Shown here: positions 22,452 to 31,802 of the stretch, one piece after another | Layout of the letters: the number at the start of each line of letters is the position of its first letter | Numbering within the stretch: the stretch's first letter is position 1 | Assembly: GCA_054661495.1 (NCBI GenBank) | Contig: BAAFSQ010000004.1 | Span: 70,200-102,199 of the forward strand | DNA: 32,000 bases | Source of the DNA: Zygophlyctis sp. KS116 | Lineage: Eukaryota; Fungi; Chytridiomycota | Direction of reading: 5' to 3' | Made by a program: the position numbers and the translations under genes | The notes under the pieces: generated by a model | Told to the model about the DNA's origin: nothing | The model's input: the letters and a program-made list of their open reading frames with translations, nothing else | Database searches by the model: none

Positions 22452-22552
22452 TCTTCTGATCAGCGGTGACTTTTCTTAAGGGCTTAAGTTAGAGGTTTTA
22501 CAAATCTAAAAAAGACGTGGCGTTTAAAGGTCACGGTCAGGTGTAGTTTAGA

Positions 22553-22714
22553 ATGAAGTCGAGTTTTACTTTTACTCACAATGAAAAAACATCCAAGTTT
22601 AGTATGGATGTAGATACACCACTCTCAGACTCTCTTTTACTCTTCAAGAATCACTTGAATTCTTTTCTTACTACAGAAATCACAAACACTGATCAATTGT
22701 CTCTAAAAAAATAA
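22553..22714 (+). CDS. 53-aa small protein, possible KEOPS/EKC subunit Gon7
   Basis: ATG..TAA ORF MKSSFTFTHNEKTSKFSMDVDTPLSDSLLLFKNHLNSFLTTEITNTDQLSLKK fills the gap, is divergent from RPS20 and ends 2 nt from the next stop codon. L..F...LNSFLT..I resembles the Gon7 I/LNxFLT helix. Confidence 0.6.
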   Translation: MKSSFTFTHNEKTSKFSMDVDTPLSDSLLLFKNHLNSFLTTEITNTDQLSLKK

Positions 22715-22716
22715 AT

Positions 22717-23616
22717 TTATTCAGAATCAAATATTAATATTGAATCACCTTCAGAGTCTATTAGTGATTCTCTAGACTCTTCAAAAGATTCATCTTGAGA
22801 GTCTAGAGAATCACTAGAGTCTGAATCTATAAATTCTGAAACTGTAAAATCAGGCATTATTGGTAAATTTTCTCCACAAGAATTTACCAAATGCCTTAAT
22901 TTACATCCCTTCTTATTACATTTCCCATCCTTTTCAAATCTAGGACAAGAAAAAACATGTAAAGAATTACATTTACATCCTAGAGAACAGTATCCTGTAT
23001 CTGCAAAATTACTACAAATTTTAGCATCAATATCATGCTTTATATGTAAAAATTTACAAACTGATCTATTACAATTACCTTTTTCATAAAAGGTACAATT
23101 AGGAGTAATAAATGTGTTTGGAGAATGATTTAAATTACATTCAACATCACAATCTTGTCCTAATAGGTATTTAGGACATGGAGAGATTCTATCTGGATCA
23201 TGAATAAATCTACAGTTTCCTTTACATTTTCCAAATCTAAAAAATTGACAGTGTTTTTTAGATTTTTTAAGTACTAAATTGCTAGATTTTTGTTTTTTTA
23301 GACCTTTTTTTACAAGAGAATTACCAATTTTAGAGTATAAAACTCCAGATTTATCTTTTAAGAGAGTCTTGTTTTTAGATTTTGAGATTTTTGGAGCTTT
23401 TACGACTTTTTGTAGTTTTGAGACTCCAACTCTTACCAAGGAATTTCCATTTTTGATAAAACTAGACTCTCCACAAGCAACCAAAGACTTGTTTTTAGAA
23501 GATGCTTGTATGGATTTATTTCTAAAAGTAGATGATGGTTTAGTCCTTATAGATTTATGTTTGGAAATAGCTGCTTGTAATTTAGAAATTTCCTTTTGAA
23601 TCTCATTTTTTGACAT
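22717..23616 (-). CDS. Five-CCCH zinc-finger protein, ZC3H3/Red5-like
   Basis: CQFFRFGKCKGNCRFIHDPDRISPCPKYL, CNLNH, CTFYEKGNC...CKFLH, CSNFADTGYCSLGCKCNSLH, CPRFEKDGKC...CKLRH. Basic N-terminus and acidic tail. Confidence 0.88.
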   Translation of the reverse strand: MSKNEIQKEISKLQAAISKHKSIRTKPSSTFRNKSIQASSKNKSLVACGESSFIKNGNSLVRVGVSKLQKVVKAPKISKSKNKTLLKDKSGVLYSKIGNSLVKKGLKKQKSSNLVLKKSKKHCQFFRFGKCKGNCRFIHDPDRISPCPKYLLGQDCDVECNLNHSPNTFITPNCTFYEKGNCNRSVCKFLHIKHDIDAKICSNFADTGYCSLGCKCNSLHVFSCPRFEKDGKCNKKGCKLRHLVNSCGENLPIMPDFTVSEFIDSDSSDSLDSQDESFEESRESLIDSEGDSILIFDSE

Positions 23617-23927
23617 TTTTTTTTTTTTTGACTTTTTTAGAGTTTTTTAGAGTTTTTTAGAATTTTTTAGAGTTTTTTAGAATTTTCTGTTCCACACTTT
23701 TAAGACTTTTGACTTTTTTGACTTTTTACTGTAGGTTTTTACTTTTTACTTTAGGTTTTTACTTTTTACGTAGGTTTTTACTTTTTACTTTAGGTTTTTA
23801 CTTTTAGAATTTAGGTTTTTACTTTTTACGTAGGTTTTTACTTTTTACTTTAGGTTTTTACTTTTAGGGTTGGAAGATTTAGAATTTAGGTTTGAAAAAT
23901 TAAGGTTTGAAAGATTTAGAATTTAGT
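23617..23927. repeat. Compound T-rich minisatellite
   Basis: Poly-T run, 5 copies of the 10-mer A(C/G/A)TTTTTTAG (23631-23680), then ~7 copies of a 19-21-bp unit TAGGTTTTTACTTTTTAC(TT/G) (23732-23868) with a 60-bp higher-order period. Confidence 0.93.
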
Positions 23928-23962
23928 CTAAATTCGTGGGATTTCTTATAATTTTAGTTTTT

Positions 23963-24289
23963 TTATTTCTTAAAAGATATCCAACGATCAATAGAATTTT
24001 CCCTAGTATCCCATTCCTTCTTTTGATAAGCATGATTTACTTTTTGTCTAACATGAGTCATAAAAGATTTCCATTCTCTTTCCTTCTTCTTTCTTCTACG
24101 GATATCACAGGGTCTTTCAAATCTCTCTTGATTTTTAATTACATCTTTAAAATTAGATTCCTGTAGGATTTCTTTGAGTTTTGTATATGCAGGAACAGGA
24201 GATATTCCAGTAACCATGACTGATCTTCCCATTGATGATGATGCAGTGTCCCATGCATGTTTTTTAAAGAATCTTTTTAGAATTAACAT
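23963..24289 (-). CDS. MRP21: Mitochondrial ribosomal protein bS21m (Mrp21-like)
   Basis: GRSVMV...AYTKLKEILQESNFKDVIKNQERFERPCDIRRRKKKE matches the S21 pattern; basic presequence MLILKRFFKK. Confidence 0.82.
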   Translation of the reverse strand: MLILKRFFKKHAWDTASSSMGRSVMVTGISPVPAYTKLKEILQESNFKDVIKNQERFERPCDIRRRKKKEREWKSFMTHVRQKVNHAYQKKEWDTRENSIDRWISFKK

Positions 24290-24350
24290 TTTAGTCCTAA
24301 CTTGTAACCTAGACTTTTGGCCCTACTGCAAAAGTGCAAAATCTAAAAAA

Positions 24351-27300
24351 ATGGAAAAATCAAGAGCTGGATATTCTGGTCCTCCTCCTCCAAGGAACTA
24401 TGCTTTCAAGAAAAAAGAAGAAAATTCTAGGAATAGAATAGAAGAAATCAGAAAAAGGTATTTTTTTAATTTATTTTACTTTAGAGATGTATATAGGCCG
24501 CCAGTAGAAAGACCAAGTAGTAGTTATAGGCCTTTTCCAGTTCATCAAAATTCTTATAGGCCTCCAGTGGTTCATCAGGGGAGTTGGAGACCAAGTACAA
24601 ATACAAGTACAAATACAAATTATAATAGTCAGAATTATCAAGGTAGCTACAGTAATCAAACTAGCTATAACAGGCCTCCAGGTGGATATTCAAACACTTG
24701 GAGACCAAGAGGTTCATTTGCTCATAGACCTAAACCATTGTGGAAACCAAGGCCAGAAAGAATTGGAGAGGCTTCTGCTAGGAATAGTTTTAAAAGGATT
24801 GAGCCGACTTCTCCTAAAAGTAGCTGGAAAAAAGCAAAAATTGTTATAAAGGAAAGAGAGTTATCAGACGATGAGTCTTCAGACTCTAGAGGAGATTTTA
24901 TGGAACCTAGTGCTGAAGAGTCGGGGCAGATTGATGATAATCCAGAGTCGGGTCAAATATTTGAAAGTAATGAAGATTCTTATCAAACTGCTGAAACTAA
25001 TGAAGATTCAGGGGAAGTTTATGAAAATTTGGGATCAATTGATCACGCTAAACATATTAGTGGGAATGAGCAAGATGAAGATAATAATCAGATTCATCTG
25101 GACGAGCAAGACTCTGACTATGATCAGGATTATATTGAAGAACAGATTGATAAAATTGATAATGAAATTGCCAGATTAGAGACACAATTGGCGTCTATTA
25201 GGGCTAAAAAGGAAACAGATGAAACAGATGAAGCTGCTGAAAGTAAAGAAGTTGTGGCAAAAAATAGTTGGGATGATTTAGATAAACCATCTTTGAATGA
25301 CGAGGAATTGATTGAAAAGATATATGGTGAAAATAGGAGGGTATTTCATTTAATATCGTAATAATATAGATTATAGTTGATAACGACATGATTTATGCTG
25401 CATCTGCAGCAACTGAAGCTAAAATTTCTGAAATTATAAGAAATGCAAACGATTGTACAGTCTTTGGAGAGATAGTGGATAGTTTGCTAAGGAAAGATCT
25501 GGAGAATAACCTTAAAATACATTCGGTTATTTCTCAGCATATCGCAGCTCAAAAAAAGAAGCATTTGATTCGTATAACTTCTCTTGCACTGGAATACCAG
25601 GAGCACAATTTTGTTTGGAAAAGAAAAATGGACAAAATTACTGCACACTATGAAAAGAGAAAATCAGATTCAATATTTTCAGGAGGTAGTACTCTCCCTT
25701 CCCCAACAATACCAGCGGCCCCCTCACCTGTCACCCCTGGCAATCAGCCAGTAACTTCTCGAAATCGTCGATCTGGATTCAGGTCTGATTACGTAAAATC
25801 GGAATCAGAATTGGCATCTGCTTTAATTGCTTTAGGTGTAGATCCTGCTGAAGTAGAATTAGATTCGCCAAAACAGATTACTCAGGATGATCCAAGTAGG
25901 CTAGCAGTTGAACCGGCAATGATTTTGGATCCCACAGAAAAAAGTCTCTTGCTTTCATTCAAGTCCACCATTGGCCTTGTAAAAGATCCCGTTAAGTCTC
26001 TGGAAGACTTCAACTCTTCTTTGGAGTTATGCTGGCATAATGAAGAGAAGGAACTTTTTAAAACCAAGCTGCTTCAATACGGCAAGAACTTCCGGAAAAT
26101 CGCATCTTTTTTGCCTCTCAAAAGCACTTCTAATTGTGTTCAGTATTTTTACCGTGAAAAAATTAACCTCGGTTTTAAACAGGCGATTAGACGTGGGGTA
26201 AATGCAGGACAACGTGGCCGAAAAAGGGGGAAACCAAGACAAGATGTCTCTCATCTCTGTTCGACTTTTCGCATATGGAAGCTCAATCCAGATGAAGAGT
26301 TACCAAGGCAGAGGCAGGGACTGCTGCAATACATATCCTGGGATCCCGTTCAGCATGGGAAAGAAGATGACATTCTGTCGGATTTGGAGGATTCGACTAC
26401 TCCCTGGACAAATGAAGAAGAGATTCTTGCCTTAAGGTCTTTAGAAGACCAAGGGAAAGATTATGCTTCAGTTTCAGAAATACTGGGCAATAAGTCAGAA
26501 GAACAGATCAGAAGTTTTTACTCTAACCATAAAAGAAAGCAAAAGAAGCTTAAACTGGAGGAAATGAAACAAATAATGAAAGAAATGAGGGACCCTGGTA
26601 TACTTAAGGAAGAGAATGACCTCAATCAGGAAATTTTAGAACTGGAGTATGATAGCAGAAGACGGGGGAAAAAGAGGGCTGCAAAAAGAAAAGACGAGGA
26701 ATTCAATAAGAAAAAACAAAAAAATAAAGGAGAAATAGAATCAACTCCTAATAATATTGCAGGCAGCTTAGATGAATTTTCTCGCCGTACAATATCATAT
26801 TGGTCTGTTTCTGAAAAAACTCAATTTATATCTTCTCTCAGGACTCATGGAAGAAAATGGGAACTAATAGCAAAGGAGGTAGGAACAAAATCTGCAATCC
26901 AAGTTCGAAATTTTTTTTCCAATTCCCGTACAAAACTAAACTTAGATCAGATTCTAGCTGAAAACGATAGAACATCGCTGAATACTTCAATAGAAGACGA
27001 TTCAAAAATTGAAAAATCACTGAATGTGGATGTAAAAAGTGGAATCGGCATTTTATTGAATGTTCCGCCTTCTGTTGTACCAATTGTAAAAGAGCAAAGT
27101 ATTGAAAATAATGATGAATGGGCTGTAAATCCGCCATATTCATCTTATGCGCCATATGGTTCGAAAGACACAGCATCGCCCACAAATGGTATGATCACTC
27201 TTCCTCTTCCAATTCCTTCTTTAGGATCTTCACCAGGGACAGTTTTGCACCATGCTGAACTAGATGATAATGCTACTTTACCACCGATGCGAAATATGAA

Positions 27301-27625
27301 TTCTGTTATTCATCCAGAAATTAATCAAGGCCTTGGAATAACTAAGATTGGCGCTGTAGATAATGAAGAAATCTTTAATACTCCAGAAAATTGGCAATTA
27401 AAAGGATCTATCCATAGTACAAGTAATGCAATGAGTGCCTCATCGGTGGTTTCTGACAATATTAAAGATTCGGATATTATTGGTATGAATAGTAGTAATA
27501 AGGCTGAGACACAAGCGGCCAAATCAGAAGATATAAATGATGTCCTTGATAGAGCCAAACCAAATCCTAAAGATGATAGCCATGAATCAATTAAATATTC
27601 AAATGTGACTGAAAACACATTCTAA
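24351..27625 (+). CDS. SNT1: Snt1/NCoR-like corepressor with three SANT/Myb domains
   Basis: LIEKIYGENRR, DYVKSESEL, SANT1 WHNEEKELFKTKLLQYGKNFRKIASFLPLKSTSNCVQYFYREK, SANT2 WTNEEE...GKDYASVSEILGNKSEEQIRSFY, SANT3 SYWSVSEK...HGRKWELIAKEVGTKSAIQVRNFF. Introns 24458-24484 (27, in-frame, probable) and 25341-25369 (29). The C-terminus is uncertain. Confidence 0.88.
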
Positions 27626-28239
27626 CATCATCAAATCCGATTTATTGAATATTCCTTCACAAATTCACGTTCGGCAAAGTGCGCAAGACAATGTGATAGC
27701 TCTTCATCGTTGTAAGATCCGGAGCCAGATATTGTTGGGGATTCTCATTGTGATTTACTCAATTCTTCAGAAACAAACTCTCAAAATATTTTAGAAAAAA
27801 GAAACTCGGATGACGATCGGAGGCTAGATTCAAAAGAAGACATTTCTATAGATGCAGAACACCAAGATTCGATAAAAAAAGATAATACGTAAAGGCTCTG
27901 TTCTTTTTTCAAGGATACTAGCTATTCTTGAACTTTATTGGATTATTAGTAGGTAACGTCCGCTTGGTTTGGTAGATGCTTAAAGTAACAGTAGTATTCA
28001 TGGCATCATGACATGTAAGTTCTAGGAATATTGACGATTTAGTTTCGGTCAATCCTTTATAGAAGCATTGATCAAGACTCTATTACCTCCCATATGTTTA
28101 TAGCTTAATTTCAAGCAGCGGGAATTCAATAATAAAGCATCTGCATAATAATATTTTTGTATTGTTGTTAAAACCGCACATCATTAAGATATATTTCTCC
28201 CGCTGTACCATACCCCTAAAACAAAACCAGACGAGTGAG

Positions 28240-28751
28240 AAGTCCGGAAAGCTATGTGCTGCCGCTGAATCGATCGTCGATTTTCATTAATTGGTAGCAA
28301 GAATCAACATCAAGACTAGCAAGCAGCGTACGCAGATTCCCATGCTGCATTCGCCATCTTAACCTTGAGATTCTTGTATTTTTTCGAAGAGGTAAACAGA
28401 GTATATTTCTTAATTAGCTCTTCATCATCCATGCATGTGTAATTGTTTAGCATTTGCATGAGTACTTGATCTGTTAATATTCTTTGCTTTAGTTCACTGA
28501 TTGTAGTTGCATCAGAGATAGGATTGAATTTTTGCTCGATAGGATTCATTTTATTTTTTTAAAAGCAAACAACGATCTACTCTTCTCTTATTGTCAGATC
28601 CAGACCGATTTGGATCGATCTCGTCGTTAGACACTCCAGGCCTTTTGCATGTGCCCGATCTATTTCACCACCATCCAGAGGTCGAGTTCAACAAAGATCA
28701 TAAAAGACTTGAGATGCGGTAATGGAATCATAATGCCTCATGGCTATGACT
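28240..28751. repeat. 512-bp direct repeat, copy 1
   Basis: Matches 28873-29384 at offset 633; I see 3 substitutions (28275, 28293, 28702). Confidence 0.95.
28316..28549 (-). CDS. Orphan 77-aa ORF, copy 1
   Basis: ATG in an A-rich context (AAAAAAATAAAATG), like the host genes. Identical in both repeat copies; no recognisable family. Confidence 0.45.
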   Translation of the reverse strand: MNPIEQKFNPISDATTISELKQRILTDQVLMQMLNNYTCMDDEELIKKYTLFTSSKKYKNLKVKMANAAWESAYAAC

Positions 28752-28872
28752 ACTCATCGTCTCAGATTGATAACGAAGAACAAGTAAGGTATGGCAATGC
28801 GATTTTTGTACTTAATAATAATATCAGTTCCAAAAGATATCTCTTAATACATAATAATCGCACATTCGGACT

Positions 28873-29384
28873 AAGTCCGGAAAGCTATGTGCTGCCGCTG
28901 AATCGATAGTCGATTTTCATTAATTTGTAGCAAGAATCAACATCAAGACTAGCAAGCAGCGTACGCAGATTCCCATGCTGCATTCGCCATCTTAACCTTG
29001 AGATTCTTGTATTTTTTCGAAGAGGTAAACAGAGTATATTTCTTAATTAGCTCTTCATCATCCATGCATGTGTAATTGTTTAGCATTTGCATGAGTACTT
29101 GATCTGTTAATATTCTTTGCTTTAGTTCACTGATTGTAGTTGCATCAGAGATAGGATTGAATTTTTGCTCGATAGGATTCATTTTATTTTTTTAAAAGCA
29201 AACAACGATCTACTCTTCTCTTATTGTCAGATCCAGACCGATTTGGATCGATCTCGTCGTTAGACACTCCAGGCCTTTTGCATGTGCCCGATCTATTTCA
29301 CCACCATCCAGAGGTCGAGTTCAACAAAGATCATGAAAGACTTGAGATGCGGTAATGGAATCATAATGCCTCATGGCTATGACT
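28873..29384. repeat. 512-bp direct repeat, copy 2
   Basis: Matches 28240-28751; separated from it by a unique 121-bp spacer (28752-28872). Confidence 0.95.
28949..29182 (-). CDS. Orphan 77-aa ORF, copy 2
   Basis: Same protein as 28316-28549. Confidence 0.45.
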   Translation of the reverse strand: MNPIEQKFNPISDATTISELKQRILTDQVLMQMLNNYTCMDDEELIKKYTLFTSSKKYKNLKVKMANAAWESAYAAC

Positions 29385-29443
29385 TGCGGACTATATTAGA
29401 TCGGTCTGGATCTGAAAATAGGAGAAGAGTAGATCATTGTTTG
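29199..29443. repeat. 245-bp segment bounded by 44-bp inverted repeats (MITE-like or foldback)
   Basis: 29199-29242 CAAACAACGATCTACTCTTCTCTTATTGTCAGATCCAGACCGAT is the reverse complement of 29400-29443 at 41/44 positions. No target-site duplication is visible. Confidence 0.85.
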
Positions 29444-29554
29444 AAACATGTTTGCCAAGGATGTAAATTATTGGACGGTGAAGCTTGAGGATTATCATTT
29501 TTACTATTTACGGTACTTTTTCTAATATCATTAAAAATAATACAAGTTAATTGA

Positions 29555-31802
29555 TCATAAAAAGCTATACGATAAGGTAGTCGATTTTCGTAATTTCTGC
29601 TCTTCTTCAGGCGTCAATTCCAAAACGGTTGATAAGACAGGGATAAGTTTGTCCTTTGTCTTTGATTCTAGAAAAGATAGTACAATATTTTTCAAATATT
29701 CGATACTGAGGCGTTTCTCCAAAATCTCCATTCGATCTTGACTCCTTACTTGTTCCTTCAAGAATCTTTCCTGTTCTAGTAGCCTTTCTACATTCGCTTC
29801 TGATTCTGTCAATAAATGCGATAGCTGATCTATTTTATGAGCCATTTCCTTGATTTTAAATGACGAAACGCCTCCCTGTTCAAGGCTATTTAAAATATTA
29901 GACGAGGATCTCCTCAAAACTGGTGAATTAGCACCCATCTGCTTTTCAATAAAAGGGCTGGATAGGATGCTGATTGTGGGGCCTGAAGTGTTTGAATTTG
30001 TTTTTAGTTGTTCAATCTGATTTCTAGCTTGAGAAAGTTCAGCTTTCAGATTCTAAAATTTCATAATTTAAAAAACTACCTGTGTAGTATTTAAATAGTG
30101 CGTTAATTTGGTTTGCTTATCCTCCAAAGATATCTTTGATTCGGATTGTAAATTATCAATTTGAGTTTTGAGCAAAACTTGTCGGTCTTGATGCTCTTTC
30201 TGAATATTGTCCATTTCTAAACCATTTAGTTACAAAATCCCACCTTTAGTATGAGAAATCTTTAAAATCTCAATCTCTTTTCGTAAATTTTCTACATCCT
30301 GTAGCAAATGAAATTTCTCTTTTGAATTTGACTCCATTTCAGACAATCGAACAGTTAAATCTTGATTTTTAAGTTCAAATTCTTTTAATTCTTGTTCAAC
30401 TTTAACTATATTGTGATTAGCCTTGAGTAAGTCAGACTCTAGATTGCTAAAAATTTAAAACTTTTGAATTTACTTGATTTTAAGTTCCAATTTGGCATTT
30501 ATTTCCTGTAATTCTGTAATTTTCCCATCCATCCCACTTGTAACCGAAGACTGTTGTAGAGCTAATTGAGCTTTAACTTTATAATTCTGAAATTCCTGTA
30601 GAGTTTTAGCTTTTTCCTGTATCCCGTTATTAATTTCTTTTGTCTTTTCAGCGATTGAAGCTTGAAGACTTTCACTTTCAACCAATAATTCACGTATTCT
30701 AGATTCATAATTTTCTTGAATTATTTAATTTACTCATACCTTTTTCTATTTGCATTTTTTGCATTTGTTCTACTTCTATTCCAGATAGCTCCTCCTTCTT
30801 GTCATTTGCCTCTTTAATTTCACTTCTTAAATTCCCAGTCAACTCCTTATACTCTAAAAGTTTCTTATTAGCAGCAATAAGTAATCCCTTCATTTTTCTA
30901 ATCTTTTCTTCATTATCTTCCCTATTTTTTTCCAATTCCTGAAATTTCTCTTGTTTATCATCATTTTTTTCTTTTAATGTCTCTAATTGACCCTGTAAAT
31001 CCTTTATTGATTCTTCTAGAGTAAAATTAGACTCTTGCAATTTCTTTTTAATTATTTCATCGTTTTTCTACAAAATTTTAAATCTTTTCAAAAATACCAA
31101 TTGAGCCTTTAATTCCTGAATTTCTACTGCCAACTTGTTCAGATTCTCCTTGTGACTATTCCTTAAACTTGAAATTTTCTCTTCTGTTTCTCTCTTAATT
31201 TCTTCCTGATATTTCAATTTTAATGTATTATCTACGTCTCCTTTAGTGTCATCTTGCAGAGTCTCATTTTCTACAACTGTCTGAGATTCAGCATCAACTC
31301 TTTTCACATCTAGAGCCTTGTTTGAACGCGCATCAGTTTCAGTAGTTGCGTTTGTAGAGTCTGTACCTGTAATATCAGGCGATGCAGTTACAGAGAGTAC
31401 ATCATAATTATCAGTCTGTACATTCATATCATTCTGTACAATATTAGAGGTCTGTACAGTATTATCAGTCTGTACAGTATTAGAAGTAGAGGTAGAATTA
31501 GTCTGTATAGTATTCAAAGGTGTATTAAGAGACAGACTAGAAATTTCCTTTTGCAGTTTTGATATCTTTAGTTTAGATTGAATTCTACTCTGCTGTAATT
31601 CCTTTTCCAGTTCTAAATTTCTAGATTTTAATTCATTCTGAGAATTCAAAACACTAGAGACTTGAGTCTTGAATTTCCCAATTTCTGTTTCTAGAGTTGA
31701 ATTTTCAGTCTTTAATTTTGTAATAAATTCCTTTAATTGAGTTTCATTCATTCCTTCCAGCTCTGGCATAGAAGACTGAAGTTGTAGAAATTGTGAAAAC
31801 AT
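29555..31802 (-). CDS. GRIP-domain trans-Golgi coiled-coil protein (Imh1/GCC-type golgin)
   Basis: Long coiled coil with C-terminal GRIP domain SIEYLKNIVLSFLE...LIPVLSTVLELTPEE. Introns 31068-31097 (30), 30715-30739 (25), 30447-30473 (27), 30217-30243 (27), 30053-30079 (27). Confidence 0.92.
31408..31482. repeat. Degenerate 18-bp coding repeat (NxVQTx-like, 4 copies) in the golgin
   Basis: SNTVQTDNTVQTSNIVQNDMNVQTDN; TCTGTACA recurs at 18-bp spacing. Confidence 0.75.

Noticed and set aside
23732-23868. CRISPR-like array or true telomere
   Set aside because: There are no unique spacers, the context is eukaryotic, and genes continue on both sides. Kept only as a minisatellite.
24174-24350. 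N-terminal extension of SNT1 shown in the ORF track
   Set aside because: It starts at a TTG and lies antisense to MRP21; the A-rich ATG at 24351 is the better start.
28240-29384. LTR retrotransposon or TRIM
   Set aside because: The repeats lack TG...CA termini, and I see no primer-binding site, polypurine tract or target-site duplication.
29410-29415. ATCTGA as the upstream conserved sequence (ATNTGA) of yeast cytoplasmic linear plasmids
   Set aside because: A degenerate 6-mer is expected by chance, its spacing to the ATG differs between copies (32 vs 44 nt), and no plasmid or viral genes are nearby.
28649-29488. Plus-strand 86-aa and 68-aa ORFs in the duplicated region
   Set aside because: They run across the repeat boundary into unrelated sequence, have a poor start context and show no recognisable motif.
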